DNA of 56,985 bases from Folioceros fuciformis (Eukaryota). Every line of letters starts with the position of its first letter. Positions within the stretch are counted from its first letter, which is position 1. The notes beneath the pieces are model-generated. The model saw only the letters and a list, made by a program, of their open reading frames with translations, searched no databases and had not been told where the DNA came from. Where the stretch lies: assembly GCA_049999805.1 (NCBI GenBank), contig JBNGIO010006178.1, positions 274,131 to 331,115 of the forward strand, given 5' to 3'. Of the stretch, positions 23,164 to 34,670 are shown one piece after another. Both the position numbers and the translations under genes were made by a program.

Positions 23164-24207
23164 GACACTTACATCTATATCTCTTTGCCTAGAGGAGTCT
23201 ACAATAGCTATTGAGAACAAATCACAATATGGGTTGTAACCAGATAATTACTAAAAGAAAATACCACTTGAAGAATATGGTTGGCTAAGATGAGGAAAGT
23301 TGTTGCTACTAGTTTTAGTATGATCTCCAGCCAAATGGAATGGCTCAGGCCAAGGGAAGGATGCCCTCTGAAATCCACCTTTTATTGGACTCTAATAAAA
23401 TTCTTTTTCGTCCATTCATAATTGTGTTATTCTACTTTTTTTTTATAAATTTTGTAGGGCACTAATAGGTCAAAAAAATATCCCTGCTTTCCCGATCTCG
23501 AAAGCGTAGATGGCCCGCCACGCGTCTTCTGGGAGTGCGCCTTTGAAGGGTGCGCTCTCTATTTTATAAGTGGTGAGGAATGCCGCTTACCACGAAATTA
23601 TTGGCACGGTCTGCGAAATATTTGTGGAAATAAGGAACGAGAAAATTCAGTGGTTGGAGGCGCCCTTGATGCAGGTGGGCAGACTGAAGCTTGGCGGATG
23701 ACCGACGCTGTTTGACTGTTGTGTTGCGCTGCGTTGCGGAAGAAGGGAGGAGGAAGGGTTGTGCGCAAGCAGTGCGACTCGCTACCACGGAGCTGGCAGC
23801 CTTGGAATAATTTGTGACGCCCCGCTGCCGCCGGCACTGCCGGCATTTGCTAACTGAATCAGAGCGACTGGCGGTGGTTGCCGGATCGTCCGCACGCTAG
23901 TTAGGTCGAGTAAGGCTGCAATCGTAGCGAGGCCGGCCTGAGCTGGACCTGGCATTTCTTATGACTGGATTGCCGGCACGGGGCTTCCTGAAGGCGGACA
24001 TCAGTGCTGCGTGTGGCGAGGGTGACATGCTAGTACTGTCGATCTGCGTGTGAGAACGGTCGAGAACAGGCAGCATTCCAGATCGCTCCGGGCAGGATCC
24101 GAGAGTGCACAACGCACAGGTGTGTGATCGGTCTGGTGCAGGGAAGGGAAGGGAAGGGGAGGCGAGGGACGGGAGACGAAGAGGAAGAGGAAGAGGTGTG
24201 ATCGGTA

Positions 24208-24954
24208 ATGGATCCTTCTCCGAGCGGGGAAAGGAAGTATGTGGATGTGAGCACCATGTTCCCGGGGGCGGTGGCGGGCTCTGGCTCTGCCGAACGCGAG
24301 GAGAAGGCGCCCGCGGGAGGAGAGTCAGCTGGAGCGGCATCCAGCAGTGGTGATGGAGGAAGTTTCGATTGCAACATCTGCCTGGAGCTGGCGCAAGATC
24401 CAGTAGTGACCTTGTGCGGGCATCTCTTCTGCTGGGCGTGTCTTTATCGCTGGCTCCACTTGCACTCCATACTGCAAGAGTGTCCCGTCTGCAAGGCGGG
24501 TGTGGAGGAGGAGAAGGTCATTCCGCTGTATGGACGCGGGAAGGTTGGTACAGCCGATCCCAGGACCAAAGCTGTCCCTGGGGTGAGCATTCCTCAACGA
24601 CCTGCCGGCCAGAGGCCGGATACTGTCCGGCCCTCTGAGCATGACTTTCATCCACATGGTTTTAACTTCATGGCAGGCCCGGCAATACCTACAGCTAGTG
24701 CCCGGTTTGGGAACATTACTTTGTCGGCTGGGTTTGGACTCTTCCCCTCACTATTTGGCTTGCAGCTCCACGGGTTTCAGGGGACTGGTTTCAGTGGAGC
24801 GCATGGTATTCACTTGGGGGCTGCTCCAGGCTTGTCTGGAAGTCACATGCATGCTACTCCCCAAGTAGTGCCTGAACAGACCAGTGACGCTTTTTTATCA
24901 AGGATCTTCTTGCTGCTCGGAGTCTTTGTTATCCTCTGCCTCTTGTTTTTCTAG
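24208..24954 (+). CDS. RMA/RNF5-type C3HC4 RING E3 ubiquitin ligase with C-terminal membrane anchor
   Basis: FDCNICLELAQDPVVTLCGHLFCWACLYRW...CPVCKA...VIPLYGRG...IPQRP; hydrophobic tail IFLLLGVFVILCLLFF. Confidence 0.93.
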   Translation: MDPSPSGERKYVDVSTMFPGAVAGSGSAEREEKAPAGGESAGAASSSGDGGSFDCNICLELAQDPVVTLCGHLFCWACLYRWLHLHSILQECPVCKAGVEEEKVIPLYGRGKVGTADPRTKAVPGVSIPQRPAGQRPDTVRPSEHDFHPHGFNFMAGPAIPTASARFGNITLSAGFGLFPSLFGLQLHGFQGTGFSGAHGIHLGAAPGLSGSHMHATPQVVPEQTSDAFLSRIFLLLGVFVILCLLFF

Positions 24955-25442
24955 GTTGAGAGTTGGTCGGATGCAGGTCCTGTGCGTTGGTCGGTATTGA
25001 TTGTGCTGCGATAATCCCATGCCCATTGTTGTGAATCTTCCAAGTCGTACGCAGATGAGTGTTGAGGCTGGGGCTTGCGTCTGTGTAAGAGTATCTCTCC
25101 GTCCATTGCTAAACAATTATGTATATGTCATTAAGAAAATTCTCGATACAAGTTGCACTCTCGTGTTGTCATGTTTCAATTTTCCTCCTCGAGGCATTTC
25201 AAGTCAAGACGTTTGCCATACCACTAACGGAGTGGCAGGGTGTTTGCTTTGCTTTCTCTTAGTGCATTAGACATCAGGCCTGACTATCAGATGTCTAGTC
25301 CTGAACTGTACAGCTTTATTTATACGGCTATCTATGATACATTGTCAGGATTCGGCCTCACTCCGTAATCACAAAGTGTTTCTCCATGACAGACCTAGGT
25401 GGGATCCTTGTGGAGGCATCCTTGTGTAGCTGCAGCAGGCCT

Positions 25443-26926
25443 TCAATCTTGAGCAACCATGGCATGGCTTCCTCCCAATTTGCTGGCAGCTTCTCAGAGG
25501 CGGCAAGGCAACAAATCCAGACTGATAGCTCTCGCCCTAGCATGTGGTCCCAGGACGCCACAACGACGCCAAGTGTGGTACTAATCATAGAGCAGAGGAT
25601 CATCTGCCACTCTCTTCACGTAAGCTGCTAAATCTTTCAAGCTGCTGAAACTGTATCCGTCTATGACTGAGTGTGGAGGCACGAAATCCGAAAAGTTTGG
25701 GGCCCCGAAGTAGATACGGACTGAGCCTGACTCTAGTACAAAAAGCAGCTTCTCTGTCACGTAGCTCTCCATTCTCGTGTTCTCGATGGCAAGCACGAAC
25801 CTGTAGTGTGACATGGCGCAGTGTATGTGCCCTTGCCATCCAAGAGACTCCACACCTTCGTGCATTTTGGATATATGGAGGCTGTAGTTCTGTCACCCAT
25901 GTTATTCAAGCACTTGCCGAAGTAGTGGACAGGCAGTAGCTGAAGGATTTCCTTAGCAAGTCTTTGTCTCTCCGGCACGCATCTCGGAGAAGACCAATCT
26001 GCAAGTGCCTCCTGCCGAACAAGAAAGACTGAAACCTCAGTGTCTGTGACAGTCATCTGGGTGTCAGCGCCACAATGAGGTGAGCAAAATAATCACCTCT
26101 GGTTTGATTGGCGACACATAGTGATTACGTCGCTCAAGTACGTGCGCAGTGTACGCGACTTGCACGTCGTCTTGTGCGTGATAGATCACAAACAATTCCT
26201 GAATCGGTGCCTTGGATCTCCCTGGCTCCAAATTAAGATAAGCGCGAAGTGGCTCTCCATGGTATCTCCGCAAAACAAAAGCACACTGCCGTCAGTGAGC
26301 TATTTCTAGCCACTGTTGCCATCACTGTAGCTGCAACAGTGTGGGCACGAGAACACAATGGTCCGTCTTCCTTATTAAGGGCGGCAGGTGTTGCTAGAGA
26401 ATTAGGTCAATTAGGAGGTAACAGGTCATGGTGAAAGAGTGAGAACATACGTCCAGCGGAGGATGGTAACTTTCGTACAACACCACATCGGGCTCATCTG
26501 CCAGCACGTTCGACGTTGTCCACATGCAGGTCAGGCCACATCTGCGGAGTAAAGGCTCTCCATGCTTCCCGGAAGCCACGTCCACCTTTCCAGTCTGATG
26601 GAAACATCCTGAAGTTCAAGCTGGCTGCAGGAAATGTCTTTTACTCCCTGTAGGGTCCGGGCACGAGCTGCGGGAACATTTGAGAAACTGCTTGCGATCT
26701 CTTTGAGGTGCTTGGCTCTGTACTGTGCACATTCATCTTCACCATCCCGTGACAAGTCCCCTGTCCACCCTTTCCATTCGGGTGTAATATGTCTCAAATC
26801 GCCGAGGCCCGAGCCGAACAAAGCTCCTTTGACATACAATTCGACGATGAAGAGTAGCAGAAGGGCAAGACCCAATCCCAGGCAGTAGTAGCCATAGGCC
26901 TGTGTTTGTCTGCCACTGAAATACAT
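25443..26926 (-). pseudogene. FUT13: Alpha-1,4-fucosyltransferase (GT10, FUT13/FucTc-like) pseudogene
   Basis: Type II TM anchor, LERWTWLP..LYS(C)RCGLTCMWT, YHAQDDVQVAY, WSSPRC, FGKCLNN and GT10 motif YRFVLAIENT..ESYVTEKL. Lesions: 1-nt deletion ~26545, acceptor reading CGG instead of CAG (26270-26268), frameshift ~25860, in-frame TAG 25583-25581 and TGA 25496-25494. Confidence 0.88.
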
Positions 26927-27349
26927 TTTTCCCTTCGTAACAAGAGCCCGTGGTCGTCTTGCCCTCAAGTGTACATTCCCTGCATAGCACACCGGCTCCC
27001 GTTCTTCTAGTTCGCATGGAAGCCATACAACGAAATAAGATCAAAAGGGAACACACTACTTCTGGCCCCATGGTTGCGTCTATTCTGCTTCAGGCACATA
27101 TTCGGCTCGGACGCGCTTGCCTCGCTTGCATTCATGATAAGAATTTCGGTACTCTTACCATGCTTCGGCGGATGGCCAAGGTCCCCAAAGCTTTTGCCAT
27201 GAAGTTTCCTGCGGCGTTTGGTCTTCACTGAAGAATTGGACCATCAGAGACACGGTGTATGATTATATTGGTGCAGGAAAGGCTGTGCCCCTGGGTACGT
27301 GACTAGAGGAGTTGTGGGCCCCCTGGCTACCACACTCCTCTCTAGCGCC

Positions 27350-29451
27350 ATGCCGCTGAAGCTGGTGGTGGAGTACGCAAAGTCCGCTAGGTCCGCATGC
27401 AAGAAGTGTGGCGGTGTCATTTCTAAAGGAGACGTGCGAGTGGGCTCCGTCAGCAATGGTGGAGCAGGGCATCTCGTCACGCTGTGGTAAGCGTGGAGCT
27501 GGTATGCTTGTTGTTTCACATTTGGCGGGCTTGACAGCATGTTGTTTGCCTTCATTCAGGTACCATGCCAATTGCATGATCACGGCCCAGCTGGGCCTTG
27601 ATGCCAGGGCAGTGGAGAGCATGGGCGGGTTCCAGTTGCTCAAGGTCAGCAAACTTAGAGTGTTTTTAAGATAAGAGGAGAGGGCGCATTTGTATTCTTA
27701 GAGGTGTTCGTTTGCCAGATGGTTTTGAAGAGAAGGTTGCTGGCTACCTTTGTGCCTTTCAGGCAGGTGACCGCAAGGCAGTTATGGATCTGCTTAAGAC
27801 TGTGGAAGGATCAGAGAGTTTGCAACACTCGACGGTAGGATAGCTGCACTGGATTCGTTTGCTATTCTTCCCATTTTGCAGCATGTTTGCCTGGGGGTTA
27901 TTTGGCTGATAAGCACGTCTTCCAGGAGGTCTTCTTTGACAAGCGATGGGAAGCTACGCTGAACAGCTTCAACCCATCGAAGCTTACCAGATACTACAAA
28001 GTCTGTCTAGAGTAACTCTGCAACTGCACTGCCCTTTCTGACACAGGGAGGGCTCTGTGGATAGAGATTTATTGCTCTAAAATGATTTAATGTAAGTTTG
28101 GCTTGCTGCTGGTGCCGCAGGATGCATCTTTGCCCAAGGGCTGGAAAGCTTTCGCTACAGTCATCATCGGACAGGTGAGCTCACCATCATAGCAATGTAT
28201 CATTCACCTGATTTTTCCTTGAAACCTGATTTTGTGACCTGAATTACCCGACTGTCGTCTGATGCTTATGCTTTACATACTTCCCTTTCGTGTCAGTCAG
28301 GCGGATGGTCTCAAAGCCTCCAAAAAGATTGCTGCTTTTGATTTTGACGGTTGTCTCGTCAAGACATCAGTCAGCAGGTTTGTTTCTTAAACCTTGGCTC
28401 GGTGGTCTTGATCAAGGAAGTAATGCCTCGTAGTTGTTGGACTTTTATGAATCTCTTGATGGTTCCAGACATGGTGCAGATGCCTGGTCTCTCCTGTATT
28501 CATCAATTCCTGAAAAGATGGAGAGCTATCATAATGAGGGATTCCAGCTGGTTTGTAACGGCCGCTGTCCATCATGTTTTCAGTTTATATGCTTGTCACA
28601 GATTACTGTGCTCAAACATCGCTCCTTGCTTACTAATGCGGGCTTCTTGCAGGTGATATTCACAAATGAATCCAATATCGATCGCTGGGTTCGAAGTAGA
28701 CAAAAAGCTGTAGACTCCAAAGTGGGACGTCTGGACGGCTTCAGGAAGACGGTCAGAGCTCCCATTTTGGTGCGTTTCTTCATTCGGTTCGTTTTTATAC
28801 TTCAGGTTATCTGTTGCTGCTACATACCCCTTTTTCTGAATCACTGTGCAAACCTTGCCTACTGCAGGTTTTCATCTCGTGTGGCGTAAGCTCTGATCCA
28901 TGCAGAAAACCGGCACCTGGGATGTGGCAGCTGATGGAACGTCATTTTAATGACGGAATCGCAATCGACAGAGAAAGGTATTTGCGTAAGAGAAAAAAAG
29001 GAAACGACATCATGAGCTGCTGGCTGTCCTAGATTATTGTACTGAGCTTAACCCTTTGAACTCCTCGTGGAGGAGCAGTTCCTTTTACGTAGGAGATGCT
29101 GCAGGCCGAGCAGGCGATCACAGCGATGCTGACAGTGGCTTCGCCAAGGTATTCATTAGACTAACCTTGTACTCTTGTGGGTGCATGGCAGCCCATGGTA
29201 TCGATCCCAGTGGTTTGAGCTTCCTCCTTGTGTTGCAGGCAGCCGGATTGCGGTTTTTACTACCGGAGGAGATCTTCCAGACACCGCCTCCTCCCAAGGC
29301 CTCAATGATCTCCCGAGATACGGTGCACTTAGAAGTTGTTCAGGATACGGTATCCGAGAAAACAAGTGTGATAGTCGAAGCTTCCTCGTCTGCGCTTCAC
29401 AAGGAAGCTGCTGTGTGCGCGTCTGTTCCGGTAGATTCTCATAACTCTTAG
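27350..29451 (+). CDS. ZDP: Polynucleotide 3'-phosphatase ZDP (PARP-type zinc finger plus PNK3P HAD phosphatase), multi-exon
   Basis: VEYAKSARSACKKC...W|YHANC zinc finger; HAD motifs AAFDFDGCL, VIFTNESNIDRW, CRKPAPGMW and SFYVGDAAGRAGDHSDAD in exons flanked by GT-AG sites. Confidence 0.9.
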
Positions 29452-30406
29452 GCATTTTCCGGTGGTAGTAGTCGTTGTAGTTTGGGTCATCCAGTATGGA
29501 CGAGCTGCGCTCGCGTAGCTCTCCAGGCCCGAACGCAGACAGATGGTTGACAAAGCCAACCCTTCAGTCTTTGGTTCAACCCGCGACAGAACCAACCGAT
29601 TGCTTGTGGGGTTATTTTCGGACAAGTCGAGCATGAATTTCCTCTAGGGCAGTTGTGACTGGAACACATCTGGAGTACCCGAGCCACATCCCGGCACTGG
29701 CTTGAACAGATCTTGAGCACCAGGGGTACACCCTGGCCTTGATTTGACCACCACATGTTTCGCATAACAAAGTACTTATCACGAGTGTCATATATATCTT
29801 GAAAGGAAGTTCTTTGGTTGCCTGTGGTTGCAATTAATTTTCCCATGCATCATGAACATCAAACGTAACAACCACAAAATATGTGTACTCTATGCATAGT
29901 CTTGGGTCCATTAGGGTTTGATCCGCCCACATGTGCATGCACTGCAAGGTAACCGGAAAAGCGGCATTTTCTAGCCTTAAGACTTTTTTGTTCATATTCT
30001 AAATTGGGAATATGGTAGCTATACCTTAAGGCCACTTGTTTAGATTGGAATAAAAATACTTTAGAAGGCCGATAAGAAACCTACCCTATCAAATTTGGTA
30101 ATACCCACAAAATGGTGAATAGTCTATTGGCAATACTAGGTCCATGTGTAGAGTTTGATTCTTGTAAATATTTTCATCTTAAACCTTGTTTTCGTAACAT
30201 TGGTAAAATAACATGAAACATAGAAGATAAAATTAGAAAAAGAAGAAAACAATTTTAATATAGTAGCTACCATACTGAAGAGAAGCGGCTGCTAAAAGCA
30301 CTAGGGTTTTTAAAAGCACATTTAGAAATGAGAAGTAGGCATTGAATCTAGTGTTAGCATAATTTAACAACTGCCTAGTTGAGGTCAACCACGTTGAGAT
30401 ATATAA

Positions 30407-30940
30407 ATGCTAGGACAAAGCATTGAGGGTCATCAATTCATTAGCTATAGAGCAGGATTCATCGGTCATTGCAAGACAACTTCCATTTCTAAGCATTGCA
30501 AGATGATTTCTCTTTTGAAGATGATGAAATTTTTTCTTTTTTGTCTATTTATTATCTTTATGGTATCTCTAGGCTTGGATCGATTTGTAGTGTGTGGATG
30601 TAGTGTGACTTACTTGATTGTATTCTTCTTACGTTGCAAGCCAAGAAGAGGAAAGCCACCGCTTCAAATGGAGTTATTGAAGGAAAATATTCCAAGCACT
30701 TTGTATAAGAAGATAGAAAATGTTGATGAGGATTGTTCAATATGTCTCTTTCCTTTGAACGAAGGGCAACAAGTTAGAGTGTTACCATGTTGTTCTCATT
30801 CCTTTCATAGCAAATGTATTGATGAGTGGTTCAGTACTTCATTGACATGTCCCTTGGATAGAGCGAGTATTGATCTAGCCCATAAAGTTGAGCCTGCACT
30901 TGATGGATTGGATTTAGTGGAAATTATCATAATTAATTGA
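30407..30940 (+). CDS. Small TM plus RING-H2 (ATL-like) E3 ligase, intronless, AT-rich
   Basis: Hydrophobic segment (FFLFCLFIIFMVSLG...YLIVFFL) then DCSICL..L..G..VRVLPCCSHSFHSKCIDEWF..SLTCPLDR. True start may be a downstream Met near 30500. Confidence 0.8.
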   Translation: MLGQSIEGHQFISYRAGFIGHCKTTSISKHCKMISLLKMMKFFLFCLFIIFMVSLGLDRFVVCGCSVTYLIVFFLRCKPRRGKPPLQMELLKENIPSTLYKKIENVDEDCSICLFPLNEGQQVRVLPCCSHSFHSKCIDEWFSTSLTCPLDRASIDLAHKVEPALDGLDLVEIIIIN

Positions 30941-31189
30941 ATACTTATATATAGTAAAATATATTTTGAAAAGTTAAATCTATCTCAATCATGATACTTC
31001 TATGACTATCTAAAGGCTGCAAGTCTAATCAATAGTATAAAATTATTTAATTTTTTTAAAAAAAACTAGATTATTTTAAGAAGTTACATAACTAGGTAGT
31101 GGTAAGACTTAGGCACGAGGGAGATAGCTCTTCATGAGCCCAGGAAGGTCTATTTGTCCAAATGGTTTAGGTCAAATGCACAAACATTT

Positions 31190-31565
31190 ATAAGAACTTT
31201 GGGATGCAATATCATGTGCTCATGTTGGTACTTAGATGAGGTGCATAAAGGGAAGCATGTCTTTTTGGGGATTAAGCATCTTGTGCTTAAAACTTTGGGA
31301 TGATGTAGAACTTCGGTATTGAGCATTCTTTGCGCAAATCTTTGGGATGAAGTAGAACTTTGGGTTATTTAAGCATCCTATGGCCAAAACTTTGGGGTGA
31401 AGCATCTTGGACTTAGAACTTTGGGTTGAAGCATGCTCCGATTAAAGAAGTCTAGGATGAAGCATCCTATGGTTTGAAGAACTGTGGGATGAAGCATCCA
31501 ATAGTTAGAAGAACTCTGGGATGAAGCATCCTATCGTTAGAAGAACTTTGGGTTGAAGCATCTTC
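31190..31565. repeat. Degenerate minisatellite, ~29-33-bp unit (agaactttgggatgaagcatcctat...)
   Basis: Roughly 10 recurrences of aactttggg[a/t]tgaagcatc, most regular at 31440-31565. Confidence 0.85.
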
Positions 31566-31845
31566 TATACGGATCAGCACTTAGATGACGTGCCTAAAGC
31601 ATATGTAGGTGGGTTGCCCAAGGAGAAGAATGCCCTTGGTGTACCACTTGTTAAGCACCAAGTTCCATAGCTAAGTATACCTTTGGTAAAAGAATTGTTA
31701 TCCATCCCTTGAAATCCATCCTCAATGGACTCTAAAGAGAATGCTTCTGTGAACACGGATAGAATTCTTCTTCTAGTTGTCTAGTAGGGTGCAATGGCTG
31801 CAATGGGTGCAATGCCCTTCTTTTGTGTAGTTGGGTGCAATGCCC

Positions 31846-31950
31846 GGTTTATAATTTATCATTAATTTTAATCAAGATGGCCTCAAGGGCTGATCTGGTT
31901 TATAATTTGTCATTAGTTTTAATCAAGATGGCCTGAGGGATAATCTGGTT
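31846..31950. repeat. Two-copy ~51-bp direct repeat
   Basis: ggtttataattt[a/g]tcatta[a/g]ttttaatcaagatggcct...tctggtt occurs twice in tandem. Confidence 0.85.
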
Positions 31951-32480
31951 CGGTCTGGTCATCTTGGCGGATTGCTTTCCCCTCGGCCGGAGGGATACGG
32001 TCTTTTTCCATGTTATGTTTTCAATAAATATCCAGTTTACTGTTAATCAGGATGTGTGAAAAAACAATCTTGACGTTGTTAGGATGCGACGACGGCAGGA
32101 CACTGTACGAAAATCTCGAAAGGGAGTGGCAAAAGCGCAACACTTCACACCACATCCCGCCCAACTTCACTCGCATGGCCCTATGGTTCGTATTGCTGGT
32201 ACGCGATGCCGAGTCCAGTAATGGGGCGGACGTGTGGGTGACGCACAGAGATGGCCTCGAGATACAGCGTGACGATTGACGAGAGCACCAAGCAGTAAGA
32301 AATGAGGGATTCAGAGTACCGTTCACGACTTCCGTGGCCCGGTTCATATTAATCCTTGCCAGTAGAGAAGGAGGACGCTGCGGTTCTGACGATCATGCAA
32401 AATAGTGGGGATGGGGCAAAGGTGCAGCGGTAGTCTCTCCTATACAGACACATGTTTTGGACCCAAGGGGTTACATTGCC

Positions 32481-32730
32481 GAGTAGTTCTCCAGACGAGA
32501 ACGATATGGGATTTCAAACTATATTCCCTCAGAGTAGTCCTCCGAACGATAACGATGTGGGTTGCAAACCATATTCCCTCAGAGCAGACCTCTGAACGAT
32601 AACGATATGGGATTGCAAACCATATTCGCTCAGAGCAGTCCTCTGAACGATAACGATATGGGATTGTAAACCATATTGCTTCAGAGCAGTCCTCCGAACG
32701 AAACGATATGGGATTGCAAATCATATTCGC
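32481..32730. repeat. Minisatellite, 50-51-bp unit, 5 copies
   Basis: gagcagtcctctgaacgataacgatatgggattgcaaaccatattc.ctca units start at 32481, 32532, 32582, 32633 and 32684. Confidence 0.92.
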
Positions 32731-32745
32731 AAGTACACTACCATC

Positions 32746-34670
32746 TTAAGCTGATGCGTACGACAAGAGAGCAATGCCCACGATAATCACTAACCCAGAG
32801 CCCCAGAATTTAGCTGCAGAATCATTTCTGATCTCGTCGAAGAGCAGCATGCCCCAAAGACCTGCAACGAAGACTCCACATTGGAATCTGCAGCCCACCA
32901 CACATGCAAGTCAGATGCCGAGTAATACATAACACATTGATGTCAGATCACTCGCATAGTGGAAGGGACACGGTAAGGAAAGCTTACATCGGGTAGGCAA
33001 CCGGATAGCCAAGATACATGATCGCACACACGCTCAGTATGTTTCCTGTTCCCAGTGTGAAGTGTCATCTCCTAGGTCCCACAAACCTACACGATCCTTC
33101 ATCAAGACTGGTAAGTTTGAATGACGTACCGACGTTCCAGATGATTCCTGACACAATGCCTGGGATGGAGGCGACATCCCAGTGAAAGTCTGGCCACTCT
33201 CGAGAAACCACCAGATATGGCAGAGTTGTTACAAAAGGTGCGAGTATCAATACACAAATACCGAACGGTGGAACATAGTGCAAACCCTGCAGTGTCGAAG
33301 TACTGCCATTAGAAAGCAGTTTGATAACAGCGTAAACAAGATCCTTGAAAGCCATGGACAGAGGAACCTACCTGTGCTTTGTGTGGTGACCACGTCAGGG
33401 GTAACTGCAAAGGACCCATTTACAGAATTAATAGGCGTCTTAAGAGTTCGAACTTTCAGCCAGTAAACTCCACATCGTCAGAGGGCAAGGTACAGCGCCT
33501 ACCATTATAAGACCTCCAAACACACCAGCAACAATGGCAGAAATCACTCCGGATGAAAATGCTCCTTCCACGTCGAGTGCCCCTCTCTGGCAGGACACAA
33601 ACGTCAACCCACGAGGCTCAAAGCTTCCACATCATAGTTTTTCAGAGCGTGAACAGCAGAACCGAAGACAGGGATAAGACGAGCACCTGGGTGCTTAACA
33701 GAGACTCGAGACGCTCCTCCTGACCAGTGGCAATTCTCCCAAGATGCCCTGACCAACCTAAGCCAGCTGCATTTCCCAGCATCCAACATGGCGTTATGGC
33801 AACAAACCCATGGTATGAGCATCTGACCTCATGACAACACCTCATCGGACCTTCGTCCAGCAGGATGACACATACCTATACCACCTAATATGATCAGAAT
33901 GGCCACAATAGCCACGACAACGTGATGAACTCCGGCTCGAGGATCGAAAAACAAGCCCGCCAGGAACGACACTACAGTCAATCAAACAGCGGCTTGTAAG
34001 CAACATCGCAAGATGTATTCAACGATCCCACGCTCCCCAGCACATGGTTTAGCAGAATGATTACCCACAACAGCCGTGCCAGCCCAAACACCAGTGCCAA
34101 CTGTCAATCAGGCAGAGGCCATTGATCAGCAGCAAACTTGGGATTGATTCGAAAAGAGGTGCTCAATCCACATTCGAGGACAACAGCAGCACGCACCTGA
34201 CACGCCAATCAATCTCACTGCGCGGAAGGCATTTACGATGGACAAGACAAAGAAAAGGGCGCTGAGAAGAGCCCACCACGTCCACACGAACTTCGCCCGC
34301 ACCACCAGCAGAAGACTTGAAATAAATATCCCCACACTGTGCAAGCACACGAGCAAGGTGAGAAATGAATGCTGCAATCTGCTGCGACTATGGAGGTGGT
34401 GGTAGTGCAAGGCATGGTACACAGGCCATCGGCTAACCAAGCCCAAAAGGTGAAGACGTAAGGATCCACTCTCGCTGATCGCACGGTCCTGCTCTTGGCC
34501 AACACTGCGAAAGAGCCATTTGCCACAGCAGCCAGAATTGCTAGGAGGGTCCCTATTGCTATGGTTCTGCTCCCTCCCAGCTGCACGAACTCGTCCACAT
34601 TCCCATTTGCATCCATGAAAAGCTGGTGCACCAGCCCTCCATCATGGGCACCTGCATACTGACCCGTCAT
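32746..34670 (-). CDS. TMEM144/GRP-like multi-pass membrane transporter (DMT superfamily), multi-exon
   Basis: Exons give LAILAAVANGSFAVLAK...VDPYVFTFW, NAFRAVRLIGVS|VGTGVWAG, PGIVSGIIWNVG, LGYPVAYP|IFQCGVFVAGLWGMLLFDEI...IVGIALLSYASA*, a TMEM144-like pattern. Confidence 0.75.

Noticed and set aside
25494-25583. Possibility that RNA editing rescues the FUT13 stops
   Set aside because: Plant C/U editing is organellar, the stops replace Glu and Cys codons that U-to-C editing would not restore, and the frameshifts would remain.
32481-32730. Regularly spaced repeats resembling a CRISPR array (also 31190-31565 and 7690-7978)
   Set aside because: Units are contiguous with no unique spacers, no cas genes are present, and the context is a plant nuclear genome.
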